NCBI GenBank assembly: GCA_039586815.1
Contig: JBDHJR010000019.1
Coordinates: 7,594-71,593, forward strand
Source of the DNA: Gemmatimonadota bacterium
Lineage (GTDB): Bacteria > Gemmatimonadota > Gemmatimonadetes > Gemmatimonadales > GWC2-71-9
DNA length: 64,000 nucleotides
Direction: 5' to 3'
Shown here: piece after piece, positions 37,617 through 47,008 of the stretch
How positions within the stretch are numbered: position 1 is the stretch's first letter
Layout of the letters: each line of letters begins with the position of its first letter
Made by a program: the position numbers and the translations under genes
Notes under the pieces: model-generated
Databases searched by the model: none
The model's input: only the letters and a program-made list of their open reading frames with translations
Told to the model about the DNA's origin: nothing

Positions 37617-39485
37617 TGCTGAACGGCTGCGGCGGACGACCTCCAGTACGAGGTTCTGCAAGTCGCTGGGGGACACACCCGGAATCCTGCCGGCCTGGGC
37701 GAGGGACTGGGGACGGACCCGCCCGAGCTTCTGTCGCGCCTCAGTGCTCAGGCTCGCGAGCTCTTCGTAGGGCAGATCCCGCGGCAATCTGAAGTTCGCC
37801 ATCTCTGCCAGCTTTGCTGCCGAGCGGCGTTCCCGCTCCAGGTAGCCGGCGTACTTGAGCTCGATCTCTGCCGACTGCCAGACGTCTTCCAGGTAGTTGG
37901 GCACCGGCTGCGCCGCGAGGCCCAGCATGTCGCGCAGTGAGACCTTGGGGCGCCGTGCGAGCTCCGCTACTCGCTGCGGTTCTGCGATCTCGCTTTCCCC
38001 GAGGGCGCGTAGCGCCTGGTTCGCGTCACCGGGATCGACGTTGACGCTTCGCGCCAGGGCTACGAGCTCGTCCTCCGCTCGCGTGCGCTCTTCCAGTTCC
38101 CGGCGCTCCACCGGTGAGAGCGCCCCCAGTTCCGCTGCGAGCGGGCCGAGCCGCTTGAGCGCGTTGTCTTGACGCAGCAGCAGGCGAAACTCCGCACGCG
38201 AGGTGAACAAGCGGTACGGCTCATCGACACCCCGAGTGACCAGGTCGTCCACCAGCACACCCACGTACCCGTCGTCACGTCCCAGTACGACCGGCTCTCG
38301 ATCCCGCACGCTGCGCGCCGCATTGATGCCCGCGACCAGTCCCTGGGCGGCGGCCTCCTCATATCCCGTCGTTCCGTTCACCTGACCCGCGAAGAACAGG
38401 CCGGCCAAGGCCTTAACCTCGAGCCAGGGTGAGAGTTGCTGCGGCGGGTAGTAGTCGTACTCGATGGCGTAGCCGGCTCGCGTCATACGGACCTGCTCCA
38501 TTCCCGGCAGCGTCCGCAGGAATCGCAGCTGGGTCTCGACCGGGAGCGAAGTGGATAGCCCGTTCACGTACAGCTCCGAAGTGTCGAGCCCCTCGGGCTC
38601 CAGAAACACCTGGTGCCGCTCAGCATCGGGGAACTTCACGACCTTGTCCTCGATCGAGGGGCAGTACCTCGGCCCCCTGCCGGCGATCGCGCCGCCGTAC
38701 AGCGCGGACCGATGCATCTCCTGCCGAATGATCGCCTTGAGCTCTTCCCCGGCCCAGGTAATCCAACAGGGGCGCTGCTCTTGCCTCGGCGTTCGCACGA
38801 AATGCGAGAAGCGATAGTCGGGACTCTCGCCGTCTTGCCGCACGAGCTTCGAGTAATCCACCGAGCGGCCATCGATGCGTGGCGGCGTTCCGGTCTTGAA
38901 CCGCTTCACTTCGAGACCCAACGCCTCCAGCTGCTCGGCGAGATCCAGCGACGCCGGGTCACCGGCTCGGCCGGCGTCGATGCGCGTGTCGGTTCCGACG
39001 TGGATCCTGCCTCTCAGAAACGTCCCCGCCGTGAGCACCACCGTAGCTGCACGGATGGTCTGGCCGCTCGTCGTCACGACACCCCCGACCCGCTCCCCTT
39101 CTATCACCAGAGAACCGACCGTGGCTTGCAGCACGTCCACGTCCGGCTGCGCCTCGAGCAGCGCGCGTATCGCACGACGGTACAGGCCGCGGTCGCATTG
39201 CGCCCTCGGCGCCCACACCGCCGGTCCCTTGGACCGGTTCAGCATGCGGAACTGGATCGTGGCACTATCGGCGGCCCGCCCCATCACACCGCCGAACGCG
39301 TCCACCTCGCGCACCACTGTGCCCTTCGCAATTCCACCAATGGCGGGGTTGCACGACATCTGGCCGATCGTCTCGAGATTGGTGGTCACGAGCAGCACCT
39401 GCGCCCCGAGGCGCGCAGCCGCGTTGGCCGCCTCGGAGCCGGCGTGTCCGCCCCCGATTACGATGACGTCGTAGCGATTCCGCAT
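37611..39485 (-). CDS. mnmG: tRNA uridine 5-carboxymethylaminomethyl modification enzyme MnmG (GidA)
   Basis: 624 aa. N-terminal YDVIVIGGGHAGSEAA, MSCNPAIGGIAKG, and the full-length GidA pattern. Confidence 0.97.
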   Translation of the reverse strand: MRNRYDVIVIGGGHAGSEAANAAARLGAQVLLVTTNLETIGQMSCNPAIGGIAKGTVVREVDAFGGVMGRAADSATIQFRMLNRSKGPAVWAPRAQCDRGLYRRAIRALLEAQPDVDVLQATVGSLVIEGERVGGVVTTSGQTIRAATVVLTAGTFLRGRIHVGTDTRIDAGRAGDPASLDLAEQLEALGLEVKRFKTGTPPRIDGRSVDYSKLVRQDGESPDYRFSHFVRTPRQEQRPCWITWAGEELKAIIRQEMHRSALYGGAIAGRGPRYCPSIEDKVVKFPDAERHQVFLEPEGLDTSELYVNGLSTSLPVETQLRFLRTLPGMEQVRMTRAGYAIEYDYYPPQQLSPWLEVKALAGLFFAGQVNGTTGYEEAAAQGLVAGINAARSVRDREPVVLGRDDGYVGVLVDDLVTRGVDEPYRLFTSRAEFRLLLRQDNALKRLGPLAAELGALSPVERRELEERTRAEDELVALARSVNVDPGDANQALRALGESEIAEPQRVAELARRPKVSLRDMLGLAAQPVPNYLEDVWQSAEIELKYAGYLERERRSAAKLAEMANFRLPRDLPYEELASLSTEARQKLGRVRPQSLAQAGRIPGVSPSDLQNLVLEVVRRSRSAA

Positions 39486-39524
39486 GTGAGGACGGGAAAA
39501 GATACCGGGCGCCGGGGCCTCGGT

Positions 39525-41165
39525 CTACGGCAGGTGGTACAGCAGGATCGAGCGACCCACACGCATCTCTGGCTCATGGCGCCTGAGCCAGGCAAAGCCG
39601 TCGTGCGGGGGCACCTCGGTACCGTCGTACACCAGGCGCCAAATGCTCACCGCAATCCACCCTGTTGTTTCCCGGTGCGCCTCGAGCCGCCTGAGCTGCG
39701 CCGGTACATGCAGCATCGGGACCGCCGATCCGCTGTAGGCCAAGGCCACGTTTTCGGCACCCAGCTCCTGGACGGCAGCTCCCAAACGCTGCAGGTCCTG
39801 CCCCCAATCGAGGTCTCCATAGATCAGGATTCGTTCCGGTTCGTCGCCGGCGAGCTCGTTGAAGTAGGGCAGGTAGTCGGGATGCGCGGCCGACGACGAC
39901 CCCAAGATCCAGAGCAGCAGGCCACCGGCGGCTACCCGCTGAGCCGTACGCCCGAACCGCAGCCACTGCACGGCACCATAGGCCGCCGGGAATGCCAGCA
40001 ACGGGTACACGATCAGAACGTGCCGGATTCCAATGTTGATGTTGCTGCTGAGGCTGACGAGCATGACCACGACCGCGCAGAGAGGCGGCACCGCCACCAC
40101 CCAGTCACCCTCCAGTCGGGTGCGCCGCAGCACTAGAGCCGTGCCCATCACGGCCAGCATCAGCAACCCAAGCGGCGTCCTGAAGAGGACCGCGACCGGG
40201 AAGTAGTACCACCAACCCGATTCTCCGACGTTGCCGAACATGTAGGACGGATGACCCTCGGCATTGTGCTCCGCAACGGCGCGAACGCCCTGTACCATCT
40301 CGCTCAACGGGTATATCGGAAGCGCTGCAACGCGCGCCAGCACTCCCGGCTCTGCCACACGTGGGAAGGCCAGCGGACCCAACGAGAAGCCGTACGACGC
40401 CCAGCAGACCACGAACGCGACGGCGACGGCGACTGCCACCGACCACCAGCCGGTGCGCCCGATTCCCAGCACACGGCCCCACGCCCGCCGCTCCACCGCC
40501 CAGCGCAATGCGAGAACCGCGACACCGCAGGCAGGCAAGAACACGACGGCCGAGAACTTCGTCATCAGCGCAAGCGCCGCCGCGAGGCCCAGCAGGGCAC
40601 CACGCTCCAAAGACGGCTTCTCGAGCCAAGCCACGTAGGCCATCAGTGCCGCCAGCAACATGGCGGTCACAGCCATGTCAGTCGTGGCCAGCCCGGCATG
40701 TGCCAGAACGGGGGGCAACAGCGTATACAGCAGGACGGCAACGAGCGCGGTGGATCGGTCGAAAGTCTTGCAACCCCAGCGCCACATCAGAACCGCGCCG
40801 AACAGGAAGAACGGAAGCACACCCAGCCGCGCCAGGCTCAGCGTGCGGTAGTAGCGCCCGTCCCGGTACAACAAATCCAGGCCCTCGTTCCACATCGACT
40901 TGAGCCGGGGGGTGAATCCGCGAATTCCGTCCAAGTACGGTCCCAGCGCGACCGCGACACGGGCCAGTGGTGGGTGTTGCGGCTCGTACGTGTACGAGCC
41001 GAGTTGAACCAGCTCCATCCCGCACGCCAGGTGAGCCGGCTCGTCCCACGTCGCGTTGTACACGCCGTACGTGCCGACGATGCGCAGCACGGCGATCCCC
41101 ACCAACAACACCGCCACCAGGTAGAGTCTCTCGGGGCGCACAAGCCATGCAGCCACGGCGTTCAT
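39525..41165 (-). CDS. GT39 / ArnT-PMT-type membrane glycosyltransferase (polyprenyl-phosphate-sugar dependent)
   Basis: ATG at 41165 overlaps the GT2 stop (ATGA). About 12 hydrophobic segments. First-loop WDEPAH (DE motif). A soluble C-terminal domain of about 130 aa. The listed 611-aa ORF is an upstream extension. Confidence 0.85.
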   Translation of the reverse strand: MNAVAAWLVRPERLYLVAVLLVGIAVLRIVGTYGVYNATWDEPAHLACGMELVQLGSYTYEPQHPPLARVAVALGPYLDGIRGFTPRLKSMWNEGLDLLYRDGRYYRTLSLARLGVLPFFLFGAVLMWRWGCKTFDRSTALVAVLLYTLLPPVLAHAGLATTDMAVTAMLLAALMAYVAWLEKPSLERGALLGLAAALALMTKFSAVVFLPACGVAVLALRWAVERRAWGRVLGIGRTGWWSVAVAVAVAFVVCWASYGFSLGPLAFPRVAEPGVLARVAALPIYPLSEMVQGVRAVAEHNAEGHPSYMFGNVGESGWWYYFPVAVLFRTPLGLLMLAVMGTALVLRRTRLEGDWVVAVPPLCAVVVMLVSLSSNINIGIRHVLIVYPLLAFPAAYGAVQWLRFGRTAQRVAAGGLLLWILGSSSAAHPDYLPYFNELAGDEPERILIYGDLDWGQDLQRLGAAVQELGAENVALAYSGSAVPMLHVPAQLRRLEAHRETTGWIAVSIWRLVYDGTEVPPHDGFAWLRRHEPEMRVGRSILLYHLP

Positions 41166-41911
41166 TTTGCCAGGTAGCGTTGCCGGATCCGCACCACGTC
41201 GCCGGCGGCTCGCGCGAAGTCGGACATGCGAAGCTTGCTCCCGGCCACGTCGCGCCACGCACGGAGCGGGTGCTCCGCGATCATCTCCTGTGCACGGATG
41301 CGACCATCGGGCCCGAGCGCGTTGATCAACCTTGCGATTATCTCCACGTCGAAGACCCACCTGGCCACGAACGGATCAGCGAACAGCTGTTGGACCAACG
41401 GTGTCGCGCGCAGCAGCTTGGCGCCGCACTGAGTGTCGTACACCGGCATCCCCAACATCAGCGACACGACCGTGGCGAACACGCGCCCGGCATAGTGGCG
41501 CACAGCGTCGCGATGGATGTCTCGCCCGAGCAGTCGAACCCGTGAGCCGAATACCATCTCCAGCTTCGCGGCCGCCGCCAGAGCGTTGCGCATGGGAATG
41601 ATCTCCCCCAGAGGCGTGGACAGATCGGCATCCCAGTATCCGACGTACGCCGCTTCCGTATCGAAGGCCCGACCGATCCCCCGGCGTACAGCCTCCGCCT
41701 TCCCCGCGTTCTCCGGGAGCGCGAACACGCTGCAGCGCTCGGGGCACTCTCGCGTGAGCTCTCGCAGCTTCTGCCCAGTCGCGTCGCTGCTGCCGTCATC
41801 CACGAAGACGAAACCGACGTCGGGGTGGCCCGCAATGAAAGCAGCGAACTCCTCCGTCGGCAGCCGGTGTGCCTCGTTGTAGCAGGGAACGACTACGGTC
41901 GTGTCAGTCAT
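41162..41911 (-). CDS. GT2 polyprenyl-phosphate glycosyltransferase (Ppm1/ArnC/GtrB-like catalytic domain)
   Basis: VVVPCYNEAHRL, FVDDGSSDAT, WDADLS (DxD). Confidence 0.88.
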   Translation of the reverse strand: MTDTTVVVPCYNEAHRLPTEEFAAFIAGHPDVGFVFVDDGSSDATGQKLRELTRECPERCSVFALPENAGKAEAVRRGIGRAFDTEAAYVGYWDADLSTPLGEIIPMRNALAAAAKLEMVFGSRVRLLGRDIHRDAVRHYAGRVFATVVSLMLGMPVYDTQCGAKLLRATPLVQQLFADPFVARWVFDVEIIARLINALGPDGRIRAQEMIAEHPLRAWRDVAGSKLRMSDFARAAGDVVRIRQRYLAK

Positions 41912-42686
41912 GGCTCATCTGCCGTTCCACTTCGAGCACCGCGAGCAGGCTGCTCCCGGTGCGGTATCCTGCCTCGCGCCGCCCTTCCAGCACCTTGGTG
42001 AGACGACCGGCCTCGCCGCCGAACAGTCGTGCGAGCAGATGGTTGACGGGCGCCGGCGGCACCCGCAGGTCGGTTCCGTGCGACCCCACGCCGTGTCCGG
42101 AGCGGCGAGACAGCCAACGTGCCAGCCGCACCGCCGGGTAGAGTCGCGCACAGAAGTACGACAGCAGCACGACCCGAACCGGAAGATCCCGCCACAACAT
42201 GGCGAGCGTCTTCGCGTCGTAGCGTCGGAAGTGCCCCAGAGCTTCGTCGTGGGGAGACCACAAGTACTGATGCGCCGGCACTGTGATCACCACCCGCGCG
42301 CCATGCTTGCAGCGGGAAACCAGTGTCGAGAGGAGGAGGGAGTCGTCGGAGACGTGCTCGAGCACGTCCATGAGCAGGTAGGCGTCGGCGGACGCGTCCA
42401 GCTCGGGCGGCAGGTCCGCGATCTCGCCATTCCAGAATCGGATCCCAGCATAACGCTTCCGCGCGAGCTCGATCGCGTGTGCCGATGTGTCGATCCCCAG
42501 GGTGCGGTACTCGCCAGCCAGCGCCGCCACGTTGCCACCTGTGCCACACCCCACATCCACCACCAGGGACTGCCCGTCGGGCGGAAGCAGCCGCCTTAAG
42601 ATGGACCGCAGAACGTCCCTGCGCCCGAGGAACCACCAGTGCTTTTCCTCCATCTCTGCGTGGAGGGCGAGTTGGGTGGCGTCCAT
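41904..42686 (-). CDS. Class I SAM-dependent methyltransferase
   Basis: HWWFLGRR N-terminus, motif I VVDVGCGTGGN, MDVLEHV. Its 3' end overlaps the GT2 start by 8 nt. Confidence 0.85.
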   Translation of the reverse strand: MDATQLALHAEMEEKHWWFLGRRDVLRSILRRLLPPDGQSLVVDVGCGTGGNVAALAGEYRTLGIDTSAHAIELARKRYAGIRFWNGEIADLPPELDASADAYLLMDVLEHVSDDSLLLSTLVSRCKHGARVVITVPAHQYLWSPHDEALGHFRRYDAKTLAMLWRDLPVRVVLLSYFCARLYPAVRLARWLSRRSGHGVGSHGTDLRVPPAPVNHLLARLFGGEAGRLTKVLEGRREAGYRTGSSLLAVLEVERQMSHD

Positions 42687-42737
42687 TATCGATCTCCGCT
42701 ACCGCGCCGATCCGACCGGGCGCGCCTCCCACTCAGA

Positions 42738-44012
42738 TCACGGCGTGCGAACCCAGCGCACCAGCTCCTTGAGGTTGGGTCGCTTGCCGTACATCAGGAT
42801 GCCCACACGGTAAATGCGGGCCGCGATCCACGTGACCAGCCACAGAGCGACCACGAGCGCTGCGACCGAGGCCGCCACTTCCCCCGGCGGAACCTCCGCG
42901 GCGGCCCAGCGCACCGGCATGGCAATGGGCGAGCTGAAGGGCACGATCGAGAGGGTGAGCGCCAGGGTGCTGTCGGGTTGTTGCAGAAGACCGATCAGCA
43001 ACACCGACGGAAGCACCAGCAACATCACCACCGGGGTCTGTGCCTGCCGGGCTTCGGCCTCGCTGCTCGACATGGCTGCCACGGCTGCGAACATCGCGGC
43101 GTAGAGAAAGTACCCAAGCAGGAAGAACGTCACGATGATCGCGAGCGTCCCGGCCGTCACTTCAGGGAGGCGGAATCCCGATCCGGTCGGCGCGTCGATC
43201 CCCAGCACGCCCAACACCACGTCGCGATGCCGGATCAAAGCCCAGGCAGACACGCCCCAGATCATGAATTGGAACAGCCCGACCGCCCCCACTCCGAGCA
43301 CCTTGCCGGCCAGCAACTGGAAAGGCCTGAGGCTGGAGACCAGCACCTCGATGATGCGTGACGTCTTTTCCTCCACCACGGCTCCCATCACCTGCACGCC
43401 GTAGACGAGGATGGCGATGTAGAGCACGAACCAGACCGTATAGGCGAAGAAGAAACGCGCCTCGCCCGATTCGTCGGTCAGCTCTCCGCCCCTGATGCCC
43501 ACCGTCTCCATGCTGACGGGGATCTGCGCGCGTTCCACCAAGTTTGGGTCTACTCCGACCCGCTCCAATCGCTCCACCAGCACCGCCTGGCGCAGACGCC
43601 GCTCCATGGACTGCATGTCCGTTAGCGAGGAGACGTTCGATCCGCGGTACTCGGCGCGCCCGTCCTCGACGGTCTCGTCGCTCACCAGCAGATAGCCGTC
43701 CAGACGCTTGAGGCCCACGAGCCCGGTGAGAGAGTCCGCTGCCGACTCCATATCCACCAGTTCCACCTCGACCAGGGAGGCGGTCAACCGGTCTACCGCG
43801 TCCAGTCGCTGGGCGACGCTCTCGCCGAAGTCCGACGTCGTCAGGTCGAGCACCGCTATGGAGCGGTGTCCACCCCCTCGCTCCGCCAGGAGAATCGGGA
43901 GTACGACGACGGCGGCCATCAGAACCGGAACCACCAGAGTCGATATGATGAACCACTTGTTGCGGACCTTCTCCGTGAACTCGCGGCGCACGACCACCCA
44001 TACCTTACGCAT
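42738..44012 (-). CDS. ABC-2-type transporter permease (NatB-like)
   Basis: ATG at 44012 overlaps the ATPase stop by 8 nt. One N-terminal TM, a large external domain, then 5 C-terminal TMs. Confidence 0.8.
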   Translation of the reverse strand: MRKVWVVVRREFTEKVRNKWFIISTLVVPVLMAAVVVLPILLAERGGGHRSIAVLDLTTSDFGESVAQRLDAVDRLTASLVEVELVDMESAADSLTGLVGLKRLDGYLLVSDETVEDGRAEYRGSNVSSLTDMQSMERRLRQAVLVERLERVGVDPNLVERAQIPVSMETVGIRGGELTDESGEARFFFAYTVWFVLYIAILVYGVQVMGAVVEEKTSRIIEVLVSSLRPFQLLAGKVLGVGAVGLFQFMIWGVSAWALIRHRDVVLGVLGIDAPTGSGFRLPEVTAGTLAIIVTFFLLGYFLYAAMFAAVAAMSSSEAEARQAQTPVVMLLVLPSVLLIGLLQQPDSTLALTLSIVPFSSPIAMPVRWAAAEVPPGEVAASVAALVVALWLVTWIAARIYRVGILMYGKRPNLKELVRWVRTP

Positions 44013-44970
44013 CGGCCCTAACCTCCTCGGCCGGCGCCTCCGCAGCTTCTCTGCCAACGATGTCGATGAAGATCTTGTGCAGCGTTGGCTCGGCGATCTC
44101 GAAACGGCCGACACGCGCACCGGCACTCACCAACCGCTGCAGCAGCTGCTGTGGGTCCCCACCCTCCGTCAACTCCACTTCCGCGTACTGGCCATAGTCG
44201 TCGGCCTTTGCCACCAGGGCGCTGTCCCTCAGTAGCTCGTCCAGCATGGTACTGCCCTGCTCCACCGCGACGATGACGTGGCGCCCGCCGTGTCCTCGCT
44301 TGACCTCGGCAAGGGGGCCGTCGAGCACCTTCTCTCCCCGCGCGATGATGCAGACCGAATCGCACAGCCGTTCGGCCTGCTCCATTATGTGGGTGGAGAA
44401 GAGCACGGTAGTGCCGGCGCGCGACAGCTCCACGACCACGTTCTTCATCAGCTGCGTGTTCACCGGGTCGAAGCCCGAGAACGGCTCGTCCAGGATGAGC
44501 AGATCCGGTGCATGCAGCACCGTAGAGATGAACTGCACCTTCTGCTGCATTCCCTTCGACAGATCGTCGATCTTCTTCTGCTCCCAATCCACCAGCCCAA
44601 GGCGATCGAGCCAGCCGTGCGCCTCCCGCTTCGCGCTGCGTCGGTCCACACCCTTGGCCTCCGCGAGGAACACGAGGAGATCGAACACCTTCATCTTCTT
44701 GTACAGCCCCCGCTCCTCGGGGAGGTAGCCGATCTTCGCTGAGAAGTCGCGTCCCGTGCCCGAGTTGCCGAACAGCGTGACACGGCCCTCGTCGGGGACG
44801 ATGATGTCCATGATCATCCGGATGGTGGTCGTCTTGCCCGCCCCGTTGGGGCCGAGCAGTCCGTAGACCGACCCCGGGGGAACCGAGAGGGAAAGCCGCC
44901 GCACCGCCGTGTGTCCGGCGAAGCGCTTGGTGATTCCCTGAATTTCGACGACCGCACCGCCTCCGTTCAT
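44005..44970 (-). CDS. ABC transporter ATP-binding protein (NatA-like)
   Basis: Walker A GPNGAGKTT, signature LSKGMQQK, Walker B LLILDEP. AGGAGG Shine-Dalgarno upstream. Confidence 0.92.
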   Translation of the reverse strand: MNGGGAVVEIQGITKRFAGHTAVRRLSLSVPPGSVYGLLGPNGAGKTTTIRMIMDIIVPDEGRVTLFGNSGTGRDFSAKIGYLPEERGLYKKMKVFDLLVFLAEAKGVDRRSAKREAHGWLDRLGLVDWEQKKIDDLSKGMQQKVQFISTVLHAPDLLILDEPFSGFDPVNTQLMKNVVVELSRAGTTVLFSTHIMEQAERLCDSVCIIARGEKVLDGPLAEVKRGHGGRHVIVAVEQGSTMLDELLRDSALVAKADDYGQYAEVELTEGGDPQQLLQRLVSAGARVGRFEIAEPTLHKIFIDIVGREAAEAPAEEVRADA

Positions 44971-45025
44971 GACTCCGTCCTCCTACGGCTGCCTACAATA
45001 AAGCCCCTCGAATCCTGAGTCCAAC

Positions 45026-46189
45026 TCACGAGCGGAGCGCGGCCGCTCGCAGCCAGCGCACCAGCAGCCCAAACGCCAGCACCGCACAGCCAACGACGAT
45101 CGTCCGCGCGTCGAGCGAGAGCGCGAGCACTGCGCATGCGACCACCCCCAGCACCGGCACCCAGTTGGGGTACAGCTTGTGCTTCGCGGGCATCCTCAGG
45201 GCCGCCACGTTCGCGATGCCGTAGTACACCAGTATCGTGAACGCGGCCGCCGTGGCTACGCCTCGCAGAGTGCCGGTAGCGGCCACCACCGCCGCAGCCG
45301 CGCCGACCAGCAGGATCGCTCGGTGGGGCGTGCGGTACGTCGGGTGCACCCGGTCGAGTGCACGGGGGAGGTCTCCGCGCCGCGCCATCGCATAGGCTAC
45401 GCGGCTCAGCCCGAGGATCTGGGACAGCATCACGCCCAGCATGGCGACGACGGCCCCGACCGCGACGACGGTGGCCGCCCACCCCTGTTCGAAGCTCGAC
45501 GCGGCGGCCAGGAGCGGCGCGGCGGACGCCGCCATGCCGTCGCGACTGGGGTCGTGCACCTCTTCGGCCAGCGTCGCGACGCGGGCATACCCCGTATAGG
45601 CGAAGAACATGATGGCCGCACCACTCAGGAGTCCGCGCCAGCCCGCGGGCGCGAACGGGTGCAGCCGCTCCGGCCGAAAGGACCCCGCGCCCAAGGCGAC
45701 GAAGGCCACCAACGCGCAGAGCGACAGCGTCACGATCGCCAGGTTCACACGGCTCGACTTGCGCACGCCGAAGTAGTTCAGCGCCGTGAAGCCGAGCACG
45801 GCTACGACGGCCACGGCGCGGGGCGGCACTCCCGGCAGGAACGCATCGAGGTAGGCGCTGAGGCCGAGCGCAACGGTGCCGGCAGCCGCGGTCTTGCTGG
45901 CCAGGAACATCCACCCGGCCACGTAACCGGCGCTCGGGCTCAGCACCTGGTAACCGTACTCGTAGGTGCCCCCGGCCACCGGGTAGGTGGCCGCGAGTTG
46001 CGCCGAGCTCAGCGCGTTCGCGGTGGCCGCCGCGCCGGCCAGGAGAAGCGCGGCGAGCAGAGCGGGACCGGCCGCAGCAGCGCCGATGCCGCTAACCACG
46101 AATATGCCCGCCCCGACTATAGCTCCGATCCCTATCCCCACGGCGTCGAGCAACCGCAGGTCCCTGCGTAGTGACTGCGACGACTTCAC
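45026..46189 (-). CDS. APC-superfamily amino-acid permease, apparently lacking canonical TM7
   Basis: GTG at 46189 overlaps the Rieske stop (GTGA). GIGAIVGAGIFVVSG and FFAYTGY...LAEEVHDPSRD motifs. The sequence after the EEV..P.R motif jumps straight to the pre-TM8 loop. 388 aa, versus about 430-470 typical. Confidence 0.7.
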   Translation of the reverse strand: MKSSQSLRRDLRLLDAVGIGIGAIVGAGIFVVSGIGAAAAGPALLAALLLAGAAATANALSSAQLAATYPVAGGTYEYGYQVLSPSAGYVAGWMFLASKTAAAGTVALGLSAYLDAFLPGVPPRAVAVVAVLGFTALNYFGVRKSSRVNLAIVTLSLCALVAFVALGAGSFRPERLHPFAPAGWRGLLSGAAIMFFAYTGYARVATLAEEVHDPSRDGMAASAAPLLAAASSFEQGWAATVVAVGAVVAMLGVMLSQILGLSRVAYAMARRGDLPRALDRVHPTYRTPHRAILLVGAAAAVVAATGTLRGVATAAAFTILVYYGIANVAALRMPAKHKLYPNWVPVLGVVACAVLALSLDARTIVVGCAVLAFGLLVRWLRAAALRS

Positions 46190-46515
46190 GACTCGCTGCG
46201 TCGCACCAGGACGTCGCCGTCCTCGAGCTTCACCTCGTACAGCGCGAGACTCTCCTTCGCCGGTGCCTCGATGGCTTCGCCGGTCCGCACGTCGAACTGG
46301 GCTCCGTGGAGCGGGCACTCGATGGCGTGGTCGTCAACCATCTCACCGTCGCTCATCGGGAACTCGGCGTGGCTGCAGCGGTCCTCGAAGGCGTACACCT
46401 CTCCCTGCACCCTGACGAGGCACAACCCCTGTCCGGAGGAGAGCTGCACCGCCACCGGAGTTCCCTCCGGCAGATCACCCAACGAGGCAACGCGGTCGAA
46501 GCCCGGCTCTGTCAC
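46186..46515 (-). CDS. Rieske [2Fe-2S] ferredoxin-type protein
   Basis: GTG at 46515 preceded by AGGAGG. Rieske ligand motifs CSHAEF and CPLHGAQF. Confidence 0.85.
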   Translation of the reverse strand: MTEPGFDRVASLGDLPEGTPVAVQLSSGQGLCLVRVQGEVYAFEDRCSHAEFPMSDGEMVDDHAIECPLHGAQFDVRTGEAIEAPAKESLALYEVKLEDGDVLVRRSES

Positions 46516-46555
46516 CAACGCCCTCCTGAGATCGCGACGTCCTTGCGGTCGCCGC

Positions 46556-47008
46556 TCACTCGGTGGAGGCGGGTTCCTCCGAGCCGGTAATGGCGGCGTG
46601 CAAGGTATGCCAGGGAAGGTTCGCACACTTTACGCGGGCAGGGAACCGCTTGACCCCGGCGAGGGCCGCGAGCTTGCCCAGCGCCTTTGGATCGGGGGGG
46701 GCGTCAGGACCCCCGGTCACCATGTCGTGAAACGCACGGAACAGCGTTTCCGCCTCGTCCGTGGTCTTCCCTTTGACGGTGGAGGTCATGAGCGACGCCG
46801 ACGCCTGGGAGATGGCGCAGCCCTTGCCCTGGAACCCGACGTCCTTGATGACGTCACCCTCCAGGCTCACATACAGCGTGATCTCATCGCCGCAAAGGGG
46901 GTTGGTGCCCTCTGCGCTGTGGCTGGCATCGGGAATCTTCTTGAAGTTTCGCGGGGCGCGATTGTGATCGAGGACGACTTGCTGATAGAGGTCCCTGAGA
47001 TCGGCCAT
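46556..47008 (-). CDS. sufU: SUF-system Fe-S scaffold / sulfur-transfer protein SufU
   Basis: 150 aa. NPLCGD, GKGCAIS, RVKCANLPW. Confidence 0.9.
   Translation of the reverse strand: MADLRDLYQQVVLDHNRAPRNFKKIPDASHSAEGTNPLCGDEITLYVSLEGDVIKDVGFQGKGCAISQASASLMTSTVKGKTTDEAETLFRAFHDMVTGGPDAPPDPKALGKLAALAGVKRFPARVKCANLPWHTLHAAITGSEEPASTE

Noticed and set aside
38613-40136. 507-aa plus-strand ORF spanning the mnmG and GT39 regions
   Set aside because: It crosses a gene boundary antisense to two well-supported genes and has a low-complexity Arg/Pro/His-rich translation.
42826-42837. CCACGTGA cores resembling half of a parS (also at about 50911..50924 and 58291..58300)
   Set aside because: Only the central CACGTG-type core matches. 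The flanking TGTT/AACA arms are absent, giving at most about 10/16 identity, and the sites lie inside coding sequence.
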